From: a virus
Lineage: Duplodnaviria; Caudoviricetes
Reading direction: 5' to 3' (one strand)
Length of the DNA: 64,000 nucleotides
Virus record (IMG/VR): IMGVR_UViG_3300035454_000933
Coordinates: 154 to 64,153 of that record
The translations under genes and the position numbers were made by a program. Each line of letters starts with the position of its first letter. Within the stretch, counting starts at the first letter, position 1. The notes under the pieces are model-generated. The model saw only the letters and a list, made by a program, of their open reading frames with translations, was not told the origin of the DNA and ran no database searches. Positions 56,774 to 64,000 of this stretch are shown one piece after another.

Positions 56774-57246
56774 GCGCCACCCCATGCAGCGCGGGCCGAT
56801 GTGCGGCGCTTGGGCGGGGCGGGCGGGCGGCACGCGGCGAAGAAGGCCATAGCCAGCTGCGCAGCGCTCGATAGGCGGTCCGGCAGCAGCAGCCCATCAT
56901 CCGCGCCCGCTAAGCCACGCGAAGCCACGATAAGCCACGCGACCGCCCACAGCGCCGTCACCAGCAGCCAGACCCACGTCAGCAGCATCCGGTACATCGA
57001 CCACGCACCAAACATCGCCATCAGCAACGGGGACAGCGACACCAGCAAGGCCAAAGGGACAAACACTAGCAGTGTCACCGCCAGCGGCCAGGCCCAGCCG
57101 CGCAGCACGCCGGACATGACCAGCAGCAGGAACGCGAGCACCGACGACTGCTGCACCCACCACATCGGCTGGCGCTGCGACAGGTTGACCACCGGCTGGA
57201 ACACGCGAGCCAGCAGGAAGGCATCGAGGCGGAGGAACGGGTTCAT
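56770..57246 (-). CDS. Multi-pass membrane protein (158 aa)
   Basis: ATGA coupling; four hydrophobic segments. Confidence 0.6.
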   Translation of the reverse strand: MNPFLRLDAFLLARVFQPVVNLSQRQPMWWVQQSSVLAFLLLVMSGVLRGWAWPLAVTLLVFVPLALLVSLSPLLMAMFGAWSMYRMLLTWVWLLVTALWAVAWLIVASRGLAGADDGLLLPDRLSSAAQLAMAFFAACRPPAPPKRRTSARAAWGGA

Positions 57247-57506
57247 GGCTTGGGTTGAGGTGGAGGGGGAAGGGTGTAGTCGCCGTCGTAGCGCGGGCCC
57301 AGCGGGACGAGGTCACCGGCGTCGATCGCCTCCAGCACCCACTCGCGCAGGCCGCAGCGACCAACGCGAGGAGCAACCGGCATGACCAGGCAGTCGCGCG
57401 GATCAACGCGGTAGAGCGCACGCAGTTCGCCCGCCGAGACGTGGTGCAGCTGCCCGTCGCGCGCTGAGCGGACCGGGCCCGGGCATAGGACGTAGCGGGC
57501 GGTCAT
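57243..57506 (-). CDS. Hypothetical protein (87 aa)
   Basis: MTARYVLCPGPVRSARDGQLHHV; ATGA coupling at both ends. Confidence 0.65.
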   Translation of the reverse strand: MTARYVLCPGPVRSARDGQLHHVSAGELRALYRVDPRDCLVMPVAPRVGRCGLREWVLEAIDAGDLVPLGPRYDGDYTLPPPPQPKP

Positions 57507-57847
57507 GGCCTGCGAGCCCACGGCGCAACCCAGCCAAGACCACCGGCGCGCCATGGGCAGGCAACCCAGAAGCCGATGGCGACGCGCGGGAAGTCGGGGT
57601 CGCGCAGGCTCATGCGGCCAGCCGACCAGCCCAGGCCATCCCGAGGGCGGCCGAAGAAGAAGCGGAAGCCCATCCAGCGCAACAGGCGCCCGAGCAGGAG
57701 CCAGGCGACAACCACCATGGTGAGAGGCCACAGCAGCGAGAGCCAGAACGCGGTCCGGGCGTCGGTGTCGTCGTGCCAGGCAGCCCAGGCCAGCGTCGCA
57801 AAGCCGGCGGCCAGGTAGATGGCGGCGTAGGCGGCAGGGTTGGTCAC
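57503..57847 (-). CDS. Membrane protein (114 aa)
   Basis: ATGA-type coupling; LLWP motif, two hydrophobic helices. Confidence 0.55.
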   Translation of the reverse strand: MTNPAAYAAIYLAAGFATLAWAAWHDDTDARTAFWLSLLWPLTMVVVAWLLLGRLLRWMGFRFFFGRPRDGLGWSAGRMSLRDPDFPRVAIGFWVACPWRAGGLGWVAPWARRP

Positions 57848-58143
57848 GGCAGGACGACGGGGTCAACCCGGTAGAAGCCGCGGACGTTCAGCACGTTGCG
57901 AAGGCCGCGACGCGCGCGCTTGGCGTCAGCGGCGGCCATGCGCTCCAGGCCGGCAGGGGAGCGGTCGAAGCGGGCGGGGCCAGCATGGGCGCGGCGCGGG
58001 GTGAAGCGCGGCAGAGGCATCGGCCAGGAGCTGCGGCGCACAGGGGTGGCCTGCTCGGCGGCGACAGCGTGCACGCCAGCGCCAGCCAGGACGGTGGCGG
58101 CCATGAGGGAAGCGGAGGCAAGGGAAAGCGAGGATTTGCGCAT
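57844..58143 (-). CDS. Hypothetical basic protein (99 aa)
   Basis: ORF in a coupled chain. Confidence 0.5.
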   Translation of the reverse strand: MRKSSLSLASASLMAATVLAGAGVHAVAAEQATPVRRSSWPMPLPRFTPRRAHAGPARFDRSPAGLERMAAADAKRARRGLRNVLNVRGFYRVDPVVLP

Positions 58144-58155
58144 GGTGAGGCGGGA

Positions 58156-58755
58156 TCAGTGGTTGAAGGCGGCCGCGGCAAGAGCCACGCCGATGAAAAA
58201 GCCCGCGGTGATCCACTCGTGGTAGACCTCCCACAGGCGGCGAAGACGGGACGGGGCAGCCGGGCGCGCAGGGCGATCGGGGTAGACCAGGGCCATCTGA
58301 TCGAGGAACTCGCGGGCGGAGATCAGCTCGCGGACCAGGCTGGAGTCCGTGCGCAGGACCGGGCCCAGCGCGGCGGGCATGGGCGCGAAGAACGGGTGGT
58401 TGGGCACGGGGTCGCCGACATGGGCGGGCGCAGACGGGTCGGGGTAGACGACGTCGATGGCGGGTTTGCCAAGCGGGCCGACGTAGAACGCGCCAGGGGC
58501 GATGGCGGCCAGCTCCGATACGGTAGGGCGATGGGCGCGGTAGACATGGCTTCCGGCGAAGAGGTGATCCAGCTCGGGCGCCCGTTCGAGGCGGCCACCG
58601 ATGACAGGCAGCGAGCGAGCCAGGACGGCCATGTCGGCATCGGACAGGCGGACGGCCGACGCGTCGACAAGCCCCGTATGCGCAGACCGAGGCGGCACCG
58701 GGTCAGCAGGGGAAGCGGCCACGATGGGCGCGGCGGGGTGAAGGGCATCAAGCAT
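58156..58755 (-). CDS. Hypothetical protein with C-terminal transmembrane helix (about 199 aa)
   Basis: Pro/Ala-rich; ends WITAGFFIGVALAAAAFNH. Confidence 0.55.
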   Translation of the reverse strand: MLDALHPAAPIVAASPADPVPPRSAHTGLVDASAVRLSDADMAVLARSLPVIGGRLERAPELDHLFAGSHVYRAHRPTVSELAAIAPGAFYVGPLGKPAIDVVYPDPSAPAHVGDPVPNHPFFAPMPAALGPVLRTDSSLVRELISAREFLDQMALVYPDRPARPAAPSRLRRLWEVYHEWITAGFFIGVALAAAAFNH

Positions 58756-59068
58756 CGGTGGTCTCCGGGGTTTCAGCAGCAAGGCGGTCCTGGCGGGCGT
58801 GCCACATTTCCATGATCACGGCCTCCAGCCGACGGCGGTACTCGGCACCGAACACGGCCTCGCGCTTGGCGAGGTGGGCCTGGCGGGTTTCGCGGTCGAC
58901 CATGGAGAGCACCCAGACGGCCTCCTCATGGCGCAGCCGGGTTTCCTCCTTCCAGGCTGGGCACCAGGTGCAGACGACGGCGCCGGTGAGCAGGGTCACG
59001 GTTTCGGCGTCGGTCTCCAGGCGCGCGCAGCCGGCGCATTCGGTGGCGGGGGTTTGAGTTGAGGGCAT
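58748..59068 (-). CDS. Hypothetical protein with Cys pairs (106 aa)
   Basis: CAGC...VVCTWCPAW. Confidence 0.6.
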   Translation of the reverse strand: MPSTQTPATECAGCARLETDAETVTLLTGAVVCTWCPAWKEETRLRHEEAVWVLSMVDRETRQAHLAKREAVFGAEYRRRLEAVIMEMWHARQDRLAAETPETTDA

Positions 59069-59080
59069 ACAGCGAAAATT

Positions 59081-59836
59081 TTACAGCATAGCCAGCAGCT
59101 CGGGCGCCGCATTCACGACGGGCGCAACAGCTGGACCCATGGTGGCCAGGTCGATGATGCCGAACGCCTGCGGTGACTCGCCACCGGACATCCAGGCGCC
59201 CGTGTCGAGGAACAGCACGTTACCCAGCGCTGCGATGGCGTTCACGACCGTGTGTCCGACCACGACGACGGCCACACCTTTGACGTCGGAGCGATCGCCC
59301 TGCTCGACGCGGCGCCGCGACCACATGGCCATGTCCCGGACGTGATCGGCCTCGAAGCCTTCCCCGGTCAGCAGCAGGTCGGTGAAGTCGCGCCAGTCGG
59401 CCAGCGGGCAGTCGGCATGCACCAGGCCGACCAGGCCATGGGCGGTTTCCACCTCGATGGCCACCGGCAACGCCCCGAAGGCGTCGATGAAGGGCAGGCG
59501 CTCGGGCGGCGTCATGCCGATGAACCAGGCGCCACCGTTGGCGGCATACAGGCCCGCGTCGCAGGAGCCGGCCGCGTAGTCGAGCGCCATGGCCTCGTGG
59601 TTGCCTTTGACGGCATGAAGCCGATCCAGCCACGCAAGCGCCTGGGCGGACTCCGGGCCGCGGTCCACCAGGTCGCCCACCGAGAACAGGCGATCGCCCG
59701 CGCCATGGTTGAACCCGACGGCATCCAGAGCGGCCTGCAGCTTGGTGAAGCACCCGTGCACGTCGCCCACCACCAGGTCGCGCCCGGCGGTGTTGCGGGT
59801 AAAGCGGCGGACCTGAGAAAGCGCTGATTTGCTCAA
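59081..59836 (-). CDS. Metallophosphoesterase, lambda NinI/PrpA-like Ser/Thr protein phosphatase (251 aa)
   Basis: VGDVHGC, VGDLVDRGPES, KGNHE, VGHT, LDTGA. Confidence 0.9.
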   Translation of the reverse strand: MSKSALSQVRRFTRNTAGRDLVVGDVHGCFTKLQAALDAVGFNHGAGDRLFSVGDLVDRGPESAQALAWLDRLHAVKGNHEAMALDYAAGSCDAGLYAANGGAWFIGMTPPERLPFIDAFGALPVAIEVETAHGLVGLVHADCPLADWRDFTDLLLTGEGFEADHVRDMAMWSRRRVEQGDRSDVKGVAVVVVGHTVVNAIAALGNVLFLDTGAWMSGGESPQAFGIIDLATMGPAVAPVVNAAPELLAML

Positions 59837-59927
59837 AATTTTTCCTTCATTGCGCCCTATGCGCGCCCTAAAACCTGAAAACTCGCGTAAGTCTTTGATT
59901 TATAACGGTTGACGCCCAGATTAGAAA

Positions 59928-60299
59928 TCAGGGTGCGACCTGCGCGGCCACGAAAAGCGAGGGGAAATCCGACGACGGCGCCGGGTTGGGTTGACAGCGG
60001 ATCCCAGCGTCAACGAAGCCCGTCGGGGCGCCCGGGCGGCGCAGCTGCAGGCCACACGAGCACAGCACGCCAGGCGTCGGCCCCGTCGCCGTCGCGCCGC
60101 AGTTGGTGCAGGCGTAGACCACCAGGCCAGGCGCACCAGGCGTCGACGCCAGGCGGCCGAAGCAATGGCGGCACACATGCGGCTCAAGCGTCCACGTCGC
60201 GTCTGGGGCTCCGGGCCGCGCGCGCGATTTTTTTATCGGGGACAGATCCCCGGCGCGCACTTGCGGCATATCTCCGGCTCCGTTATCGCATTCCGGCAT
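59928..60299 (-). CDS. Zn-binding hypothetical protein (123 aa)
   Basis: HVCRHCFGR, YACTNCG, LCSCG. Confidence 0.65.
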   Translation of the reverse strand: MPECDNGAGDMPQVRAGDLSPIKKSRARPGAPDATWTLEPHVCRHCFGRLASTPGAPGLVVYACTNCGATATGPTPGVLCSCGLQLRRPGAPTGFVDAGIRCQPNPAPSSDFPSLFVAAQVAP

Positions 60300-60792
60300 A
60301 TATCCGCCCCTTTCCCAACCCGAACACGACCCGCGTCGACGAATCCCTCAAGACCTCCACGACGATCTCCAGCACCGAAGCCGTGAGCCCCCGTTCCACG
60401 ACCGACACCCGGTCACCTCTGCGCACACACACCCGTCTGCGCTCCAACGCCGGATGGTTCAGCGGCGCCTTGCCCCTGGCATTCCGACCGCGGATCCACT
60501 CGTACTCACGATTTTTGCAGGACACGCAAACGTTCCCGCCGATCAACCGCATGCCCTGCCGATGACACCGGGAGCAGATCGCAACCCCCCTGAGAGGGCT
60601 CGCCGTCGAATCCGCACGCCCCGCATGCTGAGCCCCAATCGAGCAGCCCCGACACCGATCGCCGGGCGCCGACTTCTCCCACATCAACGCGCAGGTGCTG
60701 ACCTGCAAAGACGCCGACAACCGGTCACACCGGAACAGCAGCCGACCGGGGAGCAAATCATTCGAGTGGTACTCGACACCTTCAGCGCGCAT
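60283..60792 (-). CDS. Zn-finger protein (169 aa)
   Basis: CRGCSIG, ICSRCH, VCVSCKNR; SD GGAG. Confidence 0.7.
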   Translation of the reverse strand: MRAEGVEYHSNDLLPGRLLFRCDRLSASLQVSTCALMWEKSAPGDRCRGCSIGAQHAGRADSTASPLRGVAICSRCHRQGMRLIGGNVCVSCKNREYEWIRGRNARGKAPLNHPALERRRVCVRRGDRVSVVERGLTASVLEIVVEVLRDSSTRVVFGLGKGRIYAGMR

Positions 60793-60911
60793 AGAAGCTC
60801 CGTGGGGGAATACGGGCAGATTCTATGCCGAGAATGCATCACGACGTAACAAAAACGCGGGAGTTGTACGTGGGCAACGGTATAATACAAATTCAACCAA
60901 CCGGAGCAACC

Positions 60912-61304
60912 ATGGCCACATTTCTGAACACCCCCGCCGACATGACCCCCGAGGTCTTGACCACCGACAGCGAGTTCGTCATCCGCCACTGCACCCGAGA
61001 GCAAGCCCAGGCCCTCGCCACCCAGTACGGCATGCAGACCCTCCCCTGCTTCGGATCCACCGGTCACCGCCTCTGGTCCAAAGCCAAGGTGCGCGTCTTC
61101 AACTCACCAGGCCGACCTGCAGACGACGAGACGACCCGCCTGATCGCACTCGACGTTGGCCAGGACCTGACCCTGCCTCTGGGCCAGCGCAGCGTTCAGG
61201 TGCTGCGCAACAAAGCCACCCGGATCAGCCGCAAGACCGCCCGCACCTACAGGACCAGCAGCGTGTGCCCCGAGGGCTTTGTGGTCATCACCCGGACGGC
61301 ATAG
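60912..61304 (+). CDS. Hypothetical early protein (130 aa from ATG 60912)
   Basis: SD GGAG; TATAAT at about 60881 upstream. Confidence 0.7.
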   Translation: MATFLNTPADMTPEVLTTDSEFVIRHCTREQAQALATQYGMQTLPCFGSTGHRLWSKAKVRVFNSPGRPADDETTRLIALDVGQDLTLPLGQRSVQVLRNKATRISRKTARTYRTSSVCPEGFVVITRTA

Positions 61305-61346
61305 CCGGGGCTGGCCGGCAGCCCACGAAGCTGCCACCGAAGCAGC

Positions 61347-61730
61347 GTAACGGTGTAACGAGCCCAAACGCCACCGTTACGGAAACCGTTACGGCATTTT
61401 CTTCAACAAAATCAACACTCTATATATATTATGTAACGATGTAACGATATATATATAGGATAACCCCCTACGATACCAGTATTATATTATGTTATATAAC
61501 ACATATAATATAACACCCCTTCCCTTATTGGCTGTACCCCTCAAAAACCGTTACATCGTTACGTTCCGGGAAATCGCATGCGCCGCAACAGGTTTTCCCG
61601 TTACAAACCCGTTACGCCAGCGTTACACCGTTACAAACCAGGTGCACGGCCAGATCGTTACAAAAACCGTTACAACCTTTGCGCCGCAACGCATTTTGAC
61701 CGTTACACCGCGGGCGCTGCGTCCCGTTAC
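61347..61730. repeat. Iteron-like CGTTAC/GTAACG array (16 copies) around an AT-rich core; probable replication origin
   Basis: GTAACG at 61347, 61355, 61433, 61441; CGTTAC at 61375, 61387, 61549, 61557, 61599, 61610, 61621, 61629, 61656, 61668, 61701, 61725; AT-rich 61400-61515. Confidence 0.7.
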
Positions 61731-61827
61731 GGTCTGGCCACGCGAGGCATACCCGACTGGGGCGTGGGGCCTAGCGCCTGCATCAAAAATCTTGCCGCAT
61801 AATCAAATCACGCCACCGGAGAACCCC

Positions 61828-62055
61828 ATGCACGCCACCATCCCCCAGGCCACCATTACGGCCTTGACCCAGATCCCGAAGCCCCTCAACGACCTCGGGT
61901 CTGGCTTCTTCTACACCACCAGCGACAACGGCACCGTCACGCTCTGGCACGCCAGCCGCGGCGACACCGAGGCCTGCCAGCTCGCCCAGCGCCACCCCGG
62001 CACCTCGGGCAAGGACGCCGCCACCATCGCCAACGACATGCTCCTGGGAGCCTGA
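61828..62055 (+). CDS. Hypothetical protein (75 aa)
   Basis: SD GGAG; MHATIPQATITAL. Confidence 0.65.
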   Translation: MHATIPQATITALTQIPKPLNDLGSGFFYTTSDNGTVTLWHASRGDTEACQLAQRHPGTSGKDAATIANDMLLGA

Positions 62056-62059
62056 CACC

Positions 62060-62602
62060 ATGCCCAACATCAGCCCACTCGAAGCCCGCATCATCCAAGT
62101 AGCGCGCGACAACGACACCCTCGCCGAGGTCTGCAACTTCATCGACTACGACCCCGACGTCGGCAGCGTCCCTGGCCACTGGCGCGTCCGCTGGCCCGTG
62201 TTCCTGGTGGCTAACACGTTGATGGCGCAGCAGTTCGCGCCGGAGGAACAAAAGCAGCCGAAGGCCGCGCCGGTGAAGGTCAAACTCACAAGGTTTCAGT
62301 ATTGCACCATGGCCCAGGTGATGCACCGTAGACGCGAGCAGGCCACCACCGAGGCCAGCGCCGACCGAATGAACCTGTTGCTCAGGATACTTCTCTCCAG
62401 CACCCACCAACCGGCGCACACATTCAGCTTTACCCCCCGACAAATCGACATCATCCAGGTCGAGGCCGAGCTGATCACAGAAGACCTTGAGCCAAAAGGC
62501 GCCGATGGTGGCAGGCTGAGAATGAGCATGCGCAACATGATCACGCGCATCAAGGCCGCCCGCCTCGCCCACATTTCAACCACCATCACCAGCAAGCCAT
62601 GA
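62060..62602 (+). CDS. Hypothetical protein (180 aa)
   Basis: SD GGAG; coupled chain. Confidence 0.65.
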   Translation: MPNISPLEARIIQVARDNDTLAEVCNFIDYDPDVGSVPGHWRVRWPVFLVANTLMAQQFAPEEQKQPKAAPVKVKLTRFQYCTMAQVMHRRREQATTEASADRMNLLLRILLSSTHQPAHTFSFTPRQIDIIQVEAELITEDLEPKGADGGRLRMSMRNMITRIKAARLAHISTTITSKP

Positions 62603-63000
62603 GCACAGACCTCTCCCACCTCACCATCGGCCAGACCGTGGCCCTTCGCGTCCGTGATGGCTGGACCATGCCAGGCCGACCACGCATCACGCACCGCCTG
62701 CTGGTCATCACCAAAATGACCGCAACCATGTTCGAGGCCCAGCACAGCAGCCGCACGATCAAGGTGCGCAAGAAGGACGGCAAGGTGACTGGCGAGGATT
62801 ACACCTACGTCATCGAAGCCACGCCAGAGATCATCGCCGCGTACCACGCCACCGCGGCTTTGATCGCCCGCGACCAGGCCGCCCAGCGCGCGTGCCAGGA
62901 CCTGATCGACCGGCCACTCCACCAACTCAAACTCAGCACCGAGCAGCTCGAAGCCCTGGGCAAGGCCTGGACCGAGATCAAAGCGATGGCCACACCATGA
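62599..63000 (+). CDS. Hypothetical protein (133 aa)
   Basis: ATGA coupling; LTIGQTVAL beta-barrel-like start. Confidence 0.65.
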   Translation: MSTDLSHLTIGQTVALRVRDGWTMPGRPRITHRLLVITKMTATMFEAQHSSRTIKVRKKDGKVTGEDYTYVIEATPEIIAAYHATAALIARDQAAQRACQDLIDRPLHQLKLSTEQLEALGKAWTEIKAMATP

Positions 63001-63245
63001 GCGCAGCCATCACAAAACTGACCCCCTGGTTCCCAGGCGACATGAATCCCGCGCGCCCAGGCGTGTACCAGCAGCGGGACGGATTCGGCCGAGAGATCGG
63101 CTACCAGCGCTGGGACGGATTCCGGTGGTACATCTGGTACCGGACACCACAAAAAGCAGCCGACAGCACCACGCCTGCAGCGCTCAGCGGCCAATTCAAA
63201 GACTGGCGAGGCCTCGCCCAACCCACCACCACCAGCAAACCATGA
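62997..63245 (+). CDS. Hypothetical phage protein (82 aa)
   Basis: KLTPWFPGDMNPARPGVYQ...WDGFRW...WRGL; ATGA coupling. Confidence 0.7.
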   Translation: MSAAITKLTPWFPGDMNPARPGVYQQRDGFGREIGYQRWDGFRWYIWYRTPQKAADSTTPAALSGQFKDWRGLAQPTTTSKP

Positions 63246-63448
63246 AGCGCCAAGACCTGCTCGCCCTGATCCGCGTCGCCGGCTACCACAACGACACGCG
63301 AGCCGGCGTGCGCCTGTTCACCGAGAACCGCATCAACCGCGAGGCCTACGACGCCGCGTGGCACGACGGCCAGAAGATGCGCGAGAAAGGCATGCGCTGC
63401 GCGTGCCCACAATGCAAGGCGGCCAACAACCCGCAGCCAGCACCATGA
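63242..63448 (+). CDS. Hypothetical protein (68 aa)
   Basis: ATGA coupling; RCACPQC. Confidence 0.65.
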   Translation: MKRQDLLALIRVAGYHNDTRAGVRLFTENRINREAYDAAWHDGQKMREKGMRCACPQCKAANNPQPAP

Positions 63449-63678
63449 GCCGGCAAAACTACATCTTCAGCCTCTGCCTACGAGTTGACGACCCCAAAGC
63501 CTTGCGCCGGGCCGCGATGGCGCGTCTCACCACCGAGGACGGCCTGCCAGAGCGCGATGCGCTGGAGCTGGTCGGCCCAAGCGACGCGCCCGACATCAGC
63601 GCATGCATCATCGCCTGCCTCGACCCAGGCAGCCTCAACGGCTGCAGCATCGACAACAGCAGCGCAGACGAGGCATAA
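63445..63678 (+). CDS. Hypothetical protein (77 aa)
   Basis: ATGA coupling. Confidence 0.6.
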   Translation: MSRQNYIFSLCLRVDDPKALRRAAMARLTTEDGLPERDALELVGPSDAPDISACIIACLDPGSLNGCSIDNSSADEA

Positions 63679-63762
63679 CCACACACGTCACTCAACCAAT
63701 AGACTTCAATCAAAATTGTTGCGGCATGATGGAGGCATCCACCACACCACCGGAGCCGCAAC

Positions 63763-63951
63763 ATGATCAAGATCCAAACCAGCATCGACCTGATGCACGC
63801 CCTCGCCGCAGCCCTCGACACCAAAGACATGGGCCTGGTCGACCACATCGAACGCCAGGTCGCTGACTGGATGCAGACCCAGGGCGCGCGCGTCGCGCAG
63901 ACCAACCTGATCGAGGCGGTGCGCAACGCCATCAACGAGATGATCGGCTGA
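63763..63951 (+). CDS. Hypothetical protein (62 aa)
   Basis: SD GGAG. Confidence 0.6.
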   Translation: MIKIQTSIDLMHALAAALDTKDMGLVDHIERQVADWMQTQGARVAQTNLIEAVRNAINEMIG

Positions 63952-63957
63952 GCGGCC

Positions 63958-64000
63958 ATGGCCACCACCTACACCTGCACCCGCTGCAACGGCACCGGCC
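63958..64000 (+). CDS. Partial Zn-ribbon protein (MATTYTCTRCNGTG...)
   Basis: CxxCxGxG motif; truncated by the window edge. Confidence 0.5.
   Translation, partial: MATTYTCTRCNGTG

Larger units (their letters stand above)
1..64000. mobile_element. Myovirus-type phage or prophage genome segment (morphogenesis, packaging, head cargo, origin-like region, early genes)
   Basis: Contiguous terminase-portal-MuF-protease-scaffold-capsid-neck-sheath-tube-tape measure-baseplate-tailspike order; no host genes recognised; no integrase or att site in the window, so prophage versus free phage cannot be decided. Confidence 0.95.

Noticed and set aside
61489-62055. 188-aa ORF spanning the iteron array
   Set aside because: The 5' part translates the repeats (RY/VT runs); only the 75-aa 3' part has an SD
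1-64000. Alternative genetic code or stop-codon reassignment
   Set aside because: Long genes are intact under code 11 and end in TGA, TAA or TAG; no suppressor tRNA

Overview
The whole 64 kb window is phage DNA (high GC, roughly 65% by eye; no host housekeeping genes, no integrase, no CRISPR array). It is a contractile-tailed phage or prophage whose capsid, protease, portal and terminase look SPO1/Twort-type. The host is probably a Gram-negative bacterium (inference only). Read right to left on the minus strand it carries: small early/middle genes, a NinI-like phosphatase, a putative TerS, a ParB-DNA methylase, an HNH, a head-cargo block (1798-aa polyvalent GNAT/WGR/HipA-like kinase/ADP-ribosyltransferase protein, a 164-aa partner, a NUDIX hydrolase, a 303-aa protein), a TerL with an extra degenerate ATPase domain, portal, an RNA locus of about 1.1 kb (tRNA-Met, tRNA-Gly and two hairpin-rich blocks with no credible CDS), MuF, a 1517-aa SNF2-like protein, protease, scaffold, major capsid, neck, sheath, tube, tape measure-M23, baseplate and two tailspikes. 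An iteron/AT-rich origin-like region lies at 61.3-61.7 kb, flanked by plus-strand small genes. Main unexplained signals: (1) a late promoter GTCGTGA-N3-xAxxxT that puts ATG 5-7 nt after the -10 hexamer at 11 genes, predicting a largely leaderless late regulon; (2) a shared hydrophobic-strand + K|S/A motif on capsid proteins and on the enzymatic cargo, predicting a protease-processed, head-packaged set of PTM writers with an eraser; (3) a tRNA-flanked large structured RNA (GOLLD/ROOL-like context); (4) a prohead protease carrying a near copy of the capsid protein N-terminal arm. All protein family calls come from motifs read by eye; no database search was run.
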